A stretch of 64,000 nt of DNA from Mycobacteriales bacterium (lineage in GTDB: Bacteria; Actinomycetota; Actinomycetes; JAFAQI01). The notes below the pieces were generated by a model. It was given only the letters and a program-made list of their open reading frames with translations, was not told the DNA's origin and made no database searches. The stretch covers positions 73,543-137,542 of the forward strand of contig DASSEX010000051.1 of assembly GCA_035695045.1 (NCBI GenBank). The letters are read 5' to 3'. The position numbers and the translations under genes are program-made. Below are positions 1 through 9,587 of this stretch, one piece after another. Position 1 is the first letter of the stretch. Each line of letters starts with the position of its first letter.

Positions 1-1006
1 GATCGCCACGCGCGCCTACTTCATGGAGAAGGGCGAGGTGCGCTTCTCCGGTCCGACCGAGCAGCTGCTGGAGCGCGACGACGTGCTGCGGTCGGTCTTC
101 CTCGACCGTGCGACGAAGTCGCTGGGCGACGCGAAGGCGAGGACCAAGCGGGTCGCCGACGCCGCGGAGACCGTCACCCGGCCGACCGCGCTCAGCGTGC
201 GCAACCTGAGCCATCACTTCGGCGGCATCTCCGCCGTCAACGATGTCTCGTTCACCGTGCACGAGGGCGAGATCCTCGGCCTGATCGGTCCGAACGGCGC
301 CGGCAAGACGACGATCTTCGACATCATCTCCGGGCACCTGCCGGTGCAGCGCGGTCACATCTTCGTCGGCCAGGCCGACGTCACCGACTGGCCCGCCGAA
401 CGCCGCGCGACCGTCGGGCTGGGGCGCTCGTTCCAGGACGCCAAGATCTTCCCGTCGCTGACGGTGGCCGAGAACATCGCGCTCGGGCTCGAGCGGCACA
501 TCGAGGTCCGGGACCACGTCTCGGCGCTGTTCGGCACGCCCGCGATCCGTGAGTCCGAGGCCGACGTCGCCTACACGGTCGACGACCTCATCGAGCTGAT
601 GGGGCTGGGCGCCTTCCGCGACAAGTTCGTCGCCGAGCTGTCGACGGGTTCCCGCCGCATCGTCGACCTCGCGATGTCCATCGCGCACGACCCGACGGTG
701 CTCCTTCTCGACGAACCGTCGAGCGGTATCGCACAACGCGAGACCGAGGCCTTGGGCCCGCTGCTCAAGCGCATCCAGCAGGAGACCAACTGCGCGATGC
801 TCGTCATCGAGCACGACATGCCGCTCATCACGTCTCTGTCCGACTCGATCGTCGCGCTGGACCTCGGCGCCGTGCTGACACAAGGGCCGCCCGCCGCCGT
901 CCTCGCCGACGAACGCGTGGTGACTGCATACCTGGGCGGCGATCCCGCTGCCATCAAGCGAACCGGAACGACCAGCAAGGCCCGGGGCCAGAAGGTGGGC
1001 GCATGA
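1..1006 (+). CDS. ABC transporter ATP-binding protein, branched-chain amino acid (LivF/LivG)-type, two fused ATPase domains; 5' truncated by the window edge
   Basis: The N-terminal stretch (MEKGEVRFSG...LRSVFL) looks like a LivF-type C-terminus. It is followed by a complete LivG-like domain: Walker A GPNGAGKT, signature LSTG, Walker B LLLDE, H-loop IEHD. Confidence 0.85.
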   Translation, partial: IATRAYFMEKGEVRFSGPTEQLLERDDVLRSVFLDRATKSLGDAKARTKRVADAAETVTRPTALSVRNLSHHFGGISAVNDVSFTVHEGEILGLIGPNGAGKTTIFDIISGHLPVQRGHIFVGQADVTDWPAERRATVGLGRSFQDAKIFPSLTVAENIALGLERHIEVRDHVSALFGTPAIRESEADVAYTVDDLIELMGLGAFRDKFVAELSTGSRRIVDLAMSIAHDPTVLLLDEPSSGIAQRETEALGPLLKRIQQETNCAMLVIEHDMPLITSLSDSIVALDLGAVLTQGPPAAVLADERVVTAYLGGDPAAIKRTGTTSKARGQKVGA

Positions 1007-2100
1007 TGAACGGTCGGACGTGGCGACGGGTGGCCGGCGCAGGACTTCTGACGACGGCCGGTGCGCTGGTCATCGCGACCTGGCCGACCGCCGCGCAGGC
1101 GGACTCACCCGTGCGCACCGGCTGGTGGAACACCGCCTCGGGTGGTGGCCAGTCGGCTCCTGCGCCGACGACGGCCGACGGCGGGCTGCACATCGCGGTC
1201 GCGCCCAGCCAGATCCTGGCCTACGGCGCCGTCCTGTACGACATGCCGCAGGACGCCACGGCGACCCTCGAGCTGAAGGTCAGCGGCCAGGGCACCCCGG
1301 TGCTCGTCGCCTGCCCGACCAAGGACTCGTCCTGGAAGGAAGGCGGCGACCAGCCGGCGAGCGACGCCCCCGCCTTCGACTGCTCGACGCACAGCTACAC
1401 CGGTTCCGTGTCGTCGGACGGCGCGACGGTCACCTTCCTGCTGGACGGCAGCGCGGAGACGACGCCCGGTGAGCTGAGCCTGGCGATCGTGCCGTACATG
1501 ACCCACGACGCCCCTGGCGGTGTGGGCACAGAGCTGCCGGTCGACTCGACGCCGCCGTTCTCCGTCGACATCCCCAAGCCCGACGCGTCGTCGCTCGTCA
1601 TCACGAGCAGCACCTTGCCGACGTCCGGCAGCAGCGGGTCGGTCAGCTCGACCGGCCAGACGCAGCCGCCTGCGACCAGCGGCGCCGGCGCCGGGTCGTC
1701 GTCGGGCAGCACGGCCGGAGGCTCCGTGCCGCCGACGCTGACCGCCGGCCCCCCGCCGTCCACGTCCACGGCGGCCGTCGACAACGCCGCGCCACAGGTG
1801 GCGCCCGCAGGCACCACTCAGCAGCCAGGTGCGCTGACCAACACAGCCGCCGGCATGCCGAAGGTCGACAACACCGCCCACAACGCGGCACTCGCACTCC
1901 TGATCCTCGTCGCGATGGCCGTCATCGCGAGCGGCACGACGTCGATGCAGCGGGCACCACGGCTGCTCGGTGGCGGCAGCCGGCACGCGGCGGCCGCAGC
2001 CGCAGCTGCTCCGGTCGCGGTGGCGACGATGCCGGCGATGACCCGCGGCCTCGGACGGTTCGCCCGCGAGCGGGTAGCGCCTCCGCGACCGCTGGTCTGA
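1003..2100 (+). CDS. Secreted/membrane-anchored hypothetical protein with a Ser/Thr/Gly-rich linker and C-terminal TM helix
   Basis: N-terminal signal peptide (RRVAGAGLLTTAGALVIA...AQA), two Cys, low-complexity linker, hydrophobic helix near the C-terminus; ATGA overlap with the ABC gene. Confidence 0.7.
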   Translation: MMNGRTWRRVAGAGLLTTAGALVIATWPTAAQADSPVRTGWWNTASGGGQSAPAPTTADGGLHIAVAPSQILAYGAVLYDMPQDATATLELKVSGQGTPVLVACPTKDSSWKEGGDQPASDAPAFDCSTHSYTGSVSSDGATVTFLLDGSAETTPGELSLAIVPYMTHDAPGGVGTELPVDSTPPFSVDIPKPDASSLVITSSTLPTSGSSGSVSSTGQTQPPATSGAGAGSSSGSTAGGSVPPTLTAGPPPSTSTAAVDNAAPQVAPAGTTQQPGALTNTAAGMPKVDNTAHNAALALLILVAMAVIASGTTSMQRAPRLLGGGSRHAAAAAAAAPVAVATMPAMTRGLGRFARERVAPPRPLV

Positions 2101-2111
2101 CCGGAGGGGGG

Positions 2112-3284
2112 TCAGACCCGAGGGCCCTCGGGCGGGCCGAGCAGATAGCCCTGGCCCAGAGAGACACCGAGCTCGCAGAGCGAGAGCGTCTGACTCCAGC
2201 GTTCGATGCCTTCGGCGACGAGCGCGATCCCGAGCTCGTCGGCGAATCCCGCGAGCGCGCGGGTCAGGGCCCGACGGGACGGGTCGGTCTCGATCGTGCC
2301 GACGACCCCGCGGTCGAGCTTGATGATGTCCGGGCGGAGTGTGAGCAGGCGCTGGAGACCGGCGAAGCCGGCGCCCACGTCGTCGATCGCGATGCGGATG
2401 CCCGCCGACCGGATGCGGGCCAGCGCGGACAGATGGTGGCTGTCGGTGATGAGCTCGTGCTCGGTCAGCTCGACGACGACGCGGTCCGCCGGCAGCTGAC
2501 CGAGCAGATGAAGAGCGTCGGGGCGGCCCAGGGTGCTCGGCGAGACGTTGATGGCGAGGTAGGCATCGCCGCGGCCCGCGATCAACGGCCAGGCCTGCTC
2601 GACAGCGGCGCGCAGGGCGGCGATCTCGAGCTCCGGGCCGAGGCCGCAGCTGTGCGCCTCGTCGAACCACTCCGCCGTGGTCAGGCGGTCGCCGCCGAAC
2701 CGGCTGAGCGCCTCGAAGCCGACGACCTCGCTGGAGACGAGCCGGCGGATCGGCTGTACGACGACCTCGGGACCTCCGGCGTTGATCAGTTCGAGCACGG
2801 CTCCGCGCTTGCGGTCCCGCAGGCGGTCGCGACCGAGTCGCGACTGCAACTCCCCGTTGATCTCCGCCACGACCGAGTGCTTGACCCCATCACCGACGGG
2901 AGCGGCATGCGCGGCGAACTGCCGCATCGACCGCAGCAGCTCGTGGGCACCCGTGTGGCGCGGCAGGTGTGCTCGCGCTCCGGCACTCAGCATCGACCGG
3001 ACGGACTCGTGGTCTTCACCGGCACCGAGCGCGATGACCCGCGTCCGCGGCGAGACCGCCCGGATGCCACGGGTGGCGTGCACGCCTCCCCCGCCAGGGA
3101 CGTCGACGTGCAGGAGGGCGACCTGCGGGTTGTGGCGGGCGGCGAGGTCGATCGCGTTCTCGGCGTCAGACGCGATGCCGACGACCTGGAAGTCGTCGAA
3201 CCCGGACAGGACGTCCGCCAGCATGGCGCGGCCCTCGCCCGTGTCGGCGATGAGTACGGTGACCGCACCGAGGCTGGGCGCCAT
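2112..3284 (-). CDS. Receiver-like domain + EAL c-di-GMP phosphodiesterase
   Basis: EAL-domain motifs GFEALSRF, NVS, VELTE, DDVGAG, IKLD, VAEGIE, GQGY; N-terminal REC-like fold. Start moved from 3431 to ATG 3284. Confidence 0.85.
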   Translation of the reverse strand: MAPSLGAVTVLIADTGEGRAMLADVLSGFDDFQVVGIASDAENAIDLAARHNPQVALLHVDVPGGGGVHATRGIRAVSPRTRVIALGAGEDHESVRSMLSAGARAHLPRHTGAHELLRSMRQFAAHAAPVGDGVKHSVVAEINGELQSRLGRDRLRDRKRGAVLELINAGGPEVVVQPIRRLVSSEVVGFEALSRFGGDRLTTAEWFDEAHSCGLGPELEIAALRAAVEQAWPLIAGRGDAYLAINVSPSTLGRPDALHLLGQLPADRVVVELTEHELITDSHHLSALARIRSAGIRIAIDDVGAGFAGLQRLLTLRPDIIKLDRGVVGTIETDPSRRALTRALAGFADELGIALVAEGIERWSQTLSLCELGVSLGQGYLLGPPEGPRV

Positions 3285-3340
3285 CGCACCTCGTCTCCGC
3301 TCCGGCGCCCCCTGCGCCGGACTTCGAAGTGTCCCGGAGC

Positions 3341-3383
3341 GTTTCCACAGCGACACTCGGCTGTGTGGACAAACTGTGGATAG
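3341..3383. promoter_or_regulatory. Cluster of three DnaA-box-like 9-mers
   Basis: GTTTCCACA (3341-3349), TGTGGACAA (3364-3372; reverse complement TTGTCCACA, the actinobacterial consensus box), TGTGGATAG (3375-3383). Confidence 0.45.
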
Positions 3384-3436
3384 CCGTTCGGCCGATACCC
3401 ATCCCGCGGCGAGACCGACCAATGCGCACAATCCGC

Positions 3437-4990
3437 TCAGAGGTAGGTGCGCAGCTTCTTCCGGTCGAGCTTGAAGACGCTCGTCAGCGGGAGCTGCTCG
3501 ACGATGCGCACGTCACGGGGGTACTTCGCCGCGGAGAGATGCTGCTTCGCGAACGAGACGATGTCGTCCGGCGTGAGCCCCGCACCCGGCCGCAGCTGCA
3601 CGAAGGCGACAACCTCCTCGCCCATCTTCGGGTCGGGCCTTCCGACGACGCCGGCGCCCACGATGTCCGGATGCTCGAGCAACGCCTCCTCGACATCGCG
3701 CGGGTAGACGTTGATGCCGCCCCGGATGATGAGGTCCTTGATCCGGTCGACGACGTACAGGAAACCGTCGGCGTCGAAGTGACCGATGTCGCCCGTGTGC
3801 AGCCATCCGTCGCGGAGGGCGTGCTGCGTCTCTTCCGGCGCGTTCCAGTACCCGGCCATCAGGTTCGGTCCGCGGACGCAGATCTCGCCGTCCTCGCCCA
3901 CCCCGCCATCGGTGCCGTCGGCCTTCTCGATGCGGACGTCCATCAGCGGCGGCGGCTTGCCGACGCTGCCGGGGCGCACCTTTCCGGGCGGCGACGTCGA
4001 GATGATGGCCCCGGACTCGGTGCACCCGTACCCCTCGGTGATCTCCACGCCCGGCAACCGCTTCTGGAACTCCTCGGCCACCTCGCGAGGCAGCGACGCA
4101 CCACCGCTGGCGACCCGCCGGAGCGCGGACAGGTCGTAGTCCTCGATCGGCTGGGTCAGCAGCATCTGGAACATCGACGGCACCAGTGCACTGATCTCGG
4201 TGCGGTGCTTCTCCGCGAGCTGCAGCCAGCCGGCGGGATCGAACCATCGCATGAGCACCGACGTCCCCGGCTCCGTCGCGTGCAGCCCCATGATCGTGAC
4301 GGTCAGCCCGTAGACATGTGACAACGGCAACGGCAACAGTGACGACCGCGTCGTCTCGTCCCGGTCGTCGCCATTGGCGATCGCCGCCCACGCCGCTGAC
4401 GACAGCGCGTCGTGGCTGAGCATGACGCCCTTGGCGCGCCCGGTCGTGCCGCCGGTGTAGAGAAGCGCCGCGAGCTCCGTGGGGTCGCGGTCGACGAGCT
4501 CGCCCTCCGGGGACTGCTCGAGCTCGGCGAAGTCGAGGAACGGGATGGTCGACTCGACACCGCCGGGATCGCCCACGACGACGATGCCGCGCACCGTGCT
4601 CACACCGGTCGCGGAGGCGACGACCTTCGGAAGGAAGTCCGGCGTGGTGACGACGTACGCCGCCCCGGAGTCGGTCAGCACGTGACGCAGCTCGTCCTCG
4701 CTGAGCAGGAAGAGCACCGGCGTGGTGGCTGCACCCGCGCGCCACACCGCGCTGTAGGTGAGCCCGACCTCCGGGCAGTTGGCCATGCACACGACGACGC
4801 GGTCGCCGACACCCAGTCCGGCGTCACGAAGCCCGCGGGAGAGCCGCCGGGTCCGGGCTGCCAGCTGAGCACCCGTCCATGACTCGCCCTCGAAGTGCAG
4901 CGTCGACTCGTCGCCGAACCGCTCCCACGCCTGCTCGCTGAGCCGTTGCAGGCTGTTGCCCGTCGGCGTGGTGACGAGGTCGGTTCTCAT
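3437..4990 (-). CDS. Long-chain acyl-CoA synthetase (AMP-binding, ANL superfamily)
   Basis: YTGGTTGRAKG P-loop, EGYGCTE, WLHTGD, RIKDLIIRGG, C-terminal KLDRK; start uncertain (ATG 4990 chosen). Confidence 0.88.
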   Translation of the reverse strand: MRTDLVTTPTGNSLQRLSEQAWERFGDESTLHFEGESWTGAQLAARTRRLSRGLRDAGLGVGDRVVVCMANCPEVGLTYSAVWRAGAATTPVLFLLSEDELRHVLTDSGAAYVVTTPDFLPKVVASATGVSTVRGIVVVGDPGGVESTIPFLDFAELEQSPEGELVDRDPTELAALLYTGGTTGRAKGVMLSHDALSSAAWAAIANGDDRDETTRSSLLPLPLSHVYGLTVTIMGLHATEPGTSVLMRWFDPAGWLQLAEKHRTEISALVPSMFQMLLTQPIEDYDLSALRRVASGGASLPREVAEEFQKRLPGVEITEGYGCTESGAIISTSPPGKVRPGSVGKPPPLMDVRIEKADGTDGGVGEDGEICVRGPNLMAGYWNAPEETQHALRDGWLHTGDIGHFDADGFLYVVDRIKDLIIRGGINVYPRDVEEALLEHPDIVGAGVVGRPDPKMGEEVVAFVQLRPGAGLTPDDIVSFAKQHLSAAKYPRDVRIVEQLPLTSVFKLDRKKLRTYL

Positions 4991-5072
4991 CCGGGCAGCC
5001 TCCCAGACCATGATGTGTTTCGACGCGCGGAGCCGAACGCCGTCCCACAGTAGGACTCCCTGGGGGTTGCTC

Positions 5073-6026
5073 ATGTCGTGGCCCGACCCACACCGCCTGC
5101 GGTGGACGCCGACGCTTCGGGTCCCGTCCGACGACGGGACGGAGATCGCCGTCGAGATCCTCGGTGACAACCATCCGGGTCCGACGCTGGTGTTCATCCA
5201 CGGCTGGACGTTCTCGAGCCGGTCCTGGCACTACCAGCGGATGCTCGCCGAGCGGTACCGCCTGGTTCTGATGGACCACCGCGACCACGGCGAGTCCGGC
5301 ACCGGGCCCCGCGAGAACCGCACGATCGAGCAGGTCGGACGCGACCTGTACGCCGTCCTCGAGGCCACGTGTGCCGACAGAGACGTCGTGCTCGTCGGGC
5401 ACTCCATGGGTGGCATGACGATCATGGCACTCGCCGCCGAGCACGCGGACCTGTTCGGCAGCAAGGTCAAGGCCGTTGCGCTGCTCGACACCAGCGCCAA
5501 GCGACCTGACGACCACACGTTCGGCTTGCGGGGTCCGTTCGCGACGTTGTTCCTCAAGCAGTGGTCCTCGTCGCTGGCACTGATGGTGGCCGATCCGGAG
5601 AAGGCCGAGCGCGCACGTCGGTCGGGCTCCGCTCTCTCCGTACGGATCAGCGCGTTCCTCAACCTGCACCGCAAGTCCGACAAGCGGCTCGCGCGGTTCA
5701 CCGAGGCGATGACGGCCGCGACGAAGGCGCAGGTCGTCGGCGACTTCTGGGCCGACCTCGACGCGCACGACAAGGTCAAGGCGCTCGAGGCGCTGGCAGA
5801 GGTGCCGACCCTCGTGATCGTCGGCGTCGCCGACCGGCTGACGCCGGTGACCGATGCCCGGGTGATCGCGGCCGGCGTACCGCGGTCGCGGTTGCTGGAG
5901 CTCGATCGCGCCGGACACTGCGCGATGCTCGAGCGGCCGGAGGCGGTCAACGCGGCCCTGCTCGACCTGGTCGCGCAGGTCGAGACGCCGGCGAAACCGC
6001 GACGGCGAGCGAAGGCCGCGCGATGA
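5073..6026 (+). CDS. Alpha/beta hydrolase (esterase/lipase-like)
   Basis: FIHGW oxyanion motif, GHSMGG nucleophile elbow, catalytic D (GVADRL) and H (AGHC). Confidence 0.85.
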   Translation: MSWPDPHRLRWTPTLRVPSDDGTEIAVEILGDNHPGPTLVFIHGWTFSSRSWHYQRMLAERYRLVLMDHRDHGESGTGPRENRTIEQVGRDLYAVLEATCADRDVVLVGHSMGGMTIMALAAEHADLFGSKVKAVALLDTSAKRPDDHTFGLRGPFATLFLKQWSSSLALMVADPEKAERARRSGSALSVRISAFLNLHRKSDKRLARFTEAMTAATKAQVVGDFWADLDAHDKVKALEALAEVPTLVIVGVADRLTPVTDARVIAAGVPRSRLLELDRAGHCAMLERPEAVNAALLDLVAQVETPAKPRRRAKAAR

Positions 6027-7519
6027 ACGAGTCGCACCGCGTCGTCATCATCGGCGCCGGCTTCGGCGGCATCGGTGCGTCGATCAAGCTCGCCGAGCAG
6101 GGCATCGAGCACGTCATCCTCGAGAAGGCCGACGACGTCGGCGGCACCTGGTGGGCGAACAAGTACCCCGGATGCCGGTGCGACGTCCCGTCGCACCTCT
6201 ACTCCTTCTCTTTCGCGCCCAACCCCGACTGGTCGGACAGCTACTCGCTGCAGCCGGAGATCTGGCGCTACCTGCGACGGGTCGCGGAGGACCACGGCGT
6301 CATCGAGCGGGTGCGGTTCGGCTGCAAGGTCGAGTCCGCCCGCTGGGACGACATCGCCAAGCAGTGGGTGCTGGAGACCTCGACGGGCACCATCACCTGT
6401 GACGTCCTGATCGCCGCGCACGGCTTCCTGTCCGAACCGCGCATCCCGCACTTCGACGGCATCGAGACCTTCGCGGGTCAAGTGATGCACTCCGCCGAGT
6501 GGGATCCGTCGTACGACGTCACCGGTAAGCGCGTCGCGGTGATCGGCACCGGCGCCTCGGCCGTGCAGATCGTGCCGGAAGTTCACCGCGACGCCGAGCA
6601 TCTGTTCGTGTTCCAGCGCACCGCGGCGTGGATCCTGCCGCACCGCGGCCGGACGATCCCGGAGAAGGAGAAGGCGCTCTACCGTCGCCTCCCCGCTCTG
6701 CAGCGACTGGTGCGCGCCTATCACTACTGGTCCGCGGAGTTCGTCGTCCTGCCGGCGCTCGCGAAGAACCCAGGCCGGACGAAGCTGATCCGCAACATGG
6801 CGATGAAGCACCTCGAGGAGCAGGTGCCGGATCCGGAGCTGCGCGCGAAGCTGACGCCTTCCTTCGTCCCGGGATGCAAACGACTGACGCCGTCCAACGA
6901 CTACCTTCCGGCGATCGCCTCCCCGTCGACGACGTTGGTCACGGACGGCATCGAGCGGATCGAACCGTCCGGCATCCGCACCGTCGACGGCACACTCCAC
7001 GAGGTCGACGTCATCATCCTCGCGACCGGTTTCCGCGTGACCGACAACACGTTCTCTGCACTGGTGACGGGGCGAGACGGGCGCACGTTGCAGGAGACGT
7101 GGGAAGAGACCGGCATGAGTGCCTACAACGGCACCACGATCGCAGGCTTCCCCAACCTGTTCATGCTCGTCGGGCCCAACACCGGCATCGGCCACACGTC
7201 GGTCATCTACATGATCGAAGCGCAGTTGGCGTACATCCTCGACGCGTTGCGCCTCATGAAGGACCGCGGCATCCGCACCTTGGACGTGCGCACAGACGCG
7301 CAGACGTCGTACAACGAAGAGCTGCAACGCAAGCTCGCGCCGTCGGTGTGGAACACCGGCGGCTGCGTCAGCTGGTATCTCGACAAGAACGGCCGCAACC
7401 CGACGATCTGGCCGGACTACACGTTCAGGTTCGCGCAGCGGCTGAAGCACTTCGACATCGACTCCTACTACCAGGAGCTGCGGTCGGCTGACGAGCAACA
7501 CTTGGCCGTGGCGCGTTGA
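6023..7519 (+). CDS. Flavin-containing monooxygenase, Baeyer-Villiger type
   Basis: Two Rossmann motifs (GAGFGG, GTGASA), GGTWWANKYPG, BVMO fingerprint FAGQVMHSAEWD, ATG motif (ILATGF); ATGA overlap with the hydrolase. Confidence 0.9.
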   Translation: MNESHRVVIIGAGFGGIGASIKLAEQGIEHVILEKADDVGGTWWANKYPGCRCDVPSHLYSFSFAPNPDWSDSYSLQPEIWRYLRRVAEDHGVIERVRFGCKVESARWDDIAKQWVLETSTGTITCDVLIAAHGFLSEPRIPHFDGIETFAGQVMHSAEWDPSYDVTGKRVAVIGTGASAVQIVPEVHRDAEHLFVFQRTAAWILPHRGRTIPEKEKALYRRLPALQRLVRAYHYWSAEFVVLPALAKNPGRTKLIRNMAMKHLEEQVPDPELRAKLTPSFVPGCKRLTPSNDYLPAIASPSTTLVTDGIERIEPSGIRTVDGTLHEVDVIILATGFRVTDNTFSALVTGRDGRTLQETWEETGMSAYNGTTIAGFPNLFMLVGPNTGIGHTSVIYMIEAQLAYILDALRLMKDRGIRTLDVRTDAQTSYNEELQRKLAPSVWNTGGCVSWYLDKNGRNPTIWPDYTFRFAQRLKHFDIDSYYQELRSADEQHLAVAR

Positions 7520-8562
7520 GCCCGACGACCATGCGCGCCGCGCGCTTCGACCAGTCCGCCCGGCAGCTGACCCTCACCGAGGTGCCGGTTCCGGACCTGT
7601 TGCCGCACGAGGTGCTGGTTCGCGTGCAGGCGTGCGGCGTCTGCCTCTCCGACATCCACCTGATCGACGGGAGCCTGCCGAGCAACCTGCCGGTCGTGAC
7701 GCCCGGACATGAGCCCGCCGGGGTGATCGAGGCGATCGGTGACGCCGTGCCGTACTGGAAGCCCGGGCAGCGCGTCGTGATGGCGGCCGGCCGCCCGTGC
7801 CTGGCCTGCTCGAGCTGCGCCGGAGGTCATCCGGACGCGTGCCGCGCGGTGCAGATCATGGGCTTCAGCTTCGACGGCGCCTGGGCGGAGTTCGTCGTCG
7901 TGCCCTTCGCGGCACTCACGCTCGTCCCGGACGGCGTACCGATCGAGCAGGCCGCGATCCTTGCCGACGCGGTCTCGACGCCGTACGCCGCCCTGCTCGA
8001 ACGCGCGCAGGTGCGTCCGGCCGAGGCCGTGGGCATCTGGGGTGTCGGCGGACTGGGCATCCACGCCGTGAAGCTCGCGCGCATGCTCGGCGCCGCGCCG
8101 ATCGTCGTCCTCGACCCCCTCGACGCTGCTCGCGAGCGCGGCCTGCGTGCAGGCGCGGACATCGCGATCGACCCGACCGCCGCCAATGCGGTGCAGCAGG
8201 TGCGCGCGGTCACCGGAGGCGACGGTCTCGACATCGCTCTCGATGTCGTCGGGTCACCACTCGTGCTGCAACAGGCCGAGCAGTGCCTCGCCCACACAGG
8301 CCGCCTCGTCATGGTGGGCATGTCTCTCGAGCCGACGACGCTCGGACCCGGCGCGTTGTTCTCGCTGCAGTCCCAGTCGCTGCTCGGACATCTGGGTTAT
8401 CGCAAGCAGCACCTCGACCAGCTGGTGCGACTCGTCGACCTCGGCCGACTCGACGTGAGTGACTCCGTCAGCGACGTCCTGCCGCTGGACGACATCGCCG
8501 ATGCGGTCGACCGGCTGGCGACGAAGCGCGGCGACCCGGTGCGACTCGTCATCCGCCCCTGA
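7516..8562 (+). CDS. Zinc-dependent alcohol dehydrogenase (MDR family)
   Basis: CGVCLSD, GHE, structural Zn motif CLACSSC...C, GVGGLG; TTGA overlap (alternative ATG at 7531). Confidence 0.88.
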   Translation: MSPTTMRAARFDQSARQLTLTEVPVPDLLPHEVLVRVQACGVCLSDIHLIDGSLPSNLPVVTPGHEPAGVIEAIGDAVPYWKPGQRVVMAAGRPCLACSSCAGGHPDACRAVQIMGFSFDGAWAEFVVVPFAALTLVPDGVPIEQAAILADAVSTPYAALLERAQVRPAEAVGIWGVGGLGIHAVKLARMLGAAPIVVLDPLDAARERGLRAGADIAIDPTAANAVQQVRAVTGGDGLDIALDVVGSPLVLQQAEQCLAHTGRLVMVGMSLEPTTLGPGALFSLQSQSLLGHLGYRKQHLDQLVRLVDLGRLDVSDSVSDVLPLDDIADAVDRLATKRGDPVRLVIRP

Positions 8563-8605
8563 CCGACCTGGACCAGCCGGGCCGGTGGCGTGGCCGACAC
8601 GCGCG

Positions 8606-8648
8606 GCGACGGGGCCGTGGCAGTTGATGCCCACCACGGCCCCGTCGC
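8606..8648. terminator. Bidirectional terminator-like hairpin between convergent genes
   Basis: Perfect 15-bp stem GCGACGGGGCCGTGG / CCACGGCCCCGTCGC with a 13-nt loop. Confidence 0.7.
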
Positions 8649-8653
8649 GTGTG

Positions 8654-9343
8654 TCAGCTGGTGCTGCCGAGGCCGACGGCCCCGCTGATGCCCGCGGAGG
8701 TGACGCCCGTCTGGCATTGCGTCGGGTCGCTGACCGAGAACACGAGCGAACCGGCGACGCCGTCGCCTGCCGGGTAGAACGTGTTCGTCGTGCTCACCGT
8801 GTAGGTGCTAGGTGTGCCGGCGGGAACGGTCCCGGTTGACGAGACCTCGTTCATCGTCGCCGACGGCACGACTGTGCCCTGCAGCGCGACGCTCGCGAGC
8901 GCACCTGTCGTCGTGTAGGTGGCGACGGTTCTCGTGCCGTCCGGCCAGGTGGTGACACTGGTGCCCTGGGTCGACGACTGCGCGCAGCCTCCGGAACCGG
9001 TGGCCTGCGGCAGCGCATACGTGACGCTCCACGCGCCGGTCGTCGGGTCGGTGCCACTGACCGTGACCGTGTAGGCCTTGCCCGCAGCGATCGCGCCCTG
9101 CGCCGGTGCGCCGCTGAAGCTGGAGTTGCAGCCGGTCAGCGCCCCGGTGAAGCTGTAGCTGAAGTTGCCGCCTGCCGCCGTCAGGCCGGGCGGGTCGAAG
9201 TTCGCAGTGCCGTTGAGCTGGCACTCCCCGCCGCCCTGCGCTGCGGCTGCGGATGTCGCGGTGAAGGTCAAACCTCCGGCCAACGCCGCGGCACCCACGG
9301 CCGCCGCGCCCCATCTGCGCCCCCGCCGTGTCAACACCCGCAT
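8654..9343 (-). CDS. Secreted hypothetical protein, Gly/Ser/Thr-rich with four Cys
   Basis: RBS GGAGAGGAG, signal peptide (RRGRRWGAAAVGAAALAGG...AAA), beta-rich mature region, strong GC3 bias. Confidence 0.75.
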   Translation of the reverse strand: MRVLTRRGRRWGAAAVGAAALAGGLTFTATSAAAAQGGGECQLNGTANFDPPGLTAAGGNFSYSFTGALTGCNSSFSGAPAQGAIAAGKAYTVTVSGTDPTTGAWSVTYALPQATGSGGCAQSSTQGTSVTTWPDGTRTVATYTTTGALASVALQGTVVPSATMNEVSSTGTVPAGTPSTYTVSTTNTFYPAGDGVAGSLVFSVSDPTQCQTGVTSAGISGAVGLGSTS

Positions 9344-9557
9344 ACCTACTCCTCTCCGCCCCGTGACCGGGGTCGGTCGTGTCGGGCCGACGCAAGGCCG
9401 CCTGAGCAGCGGTCACGCGCCGGATGAATCGGGATAAGTGGGATGAAACCCCACGGAGACGGGGCCAACAAGGGGGGTGGACACCTTTTTCGAACTTTTT
9501 GGTAAGTACGCGGCGCGCGACGCCGGACTGCCCTGGCGGGGACCTCCCTGACGGCGG

Positions 9558-9587
9558 CCTAGTCGCGTCCTAGTCGGCTACTAGAAC
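9558..9587. promoter_or_regulatory. Three direct repeats in 11-bp phase, SARP-type operator candidate
   Basis: CCTAGTCG (9558), CCTAGTCG (9569), ACTAGAAC (9580); upstream of the operon that contains the SARP gene. Confidence 0.55.

Noticed and set aside
1640-1860. Ser/Thr/Gly-rich low-complexity stretches in secreted proteins (also in 8654-9343 and the LCP linkers)
   Set aside because: Ordinary flexible or glycosylated linkers with no nucleotide-level tandem periodicity.
9422-9447. GGATGAA/GGATAAG/GGATGAA repeats upstream of the divergent secreted gene
   Set aside because: Irregular 10- and 9-bp spacing and short length; cannot be distinguished from chance without a genome-wide test.
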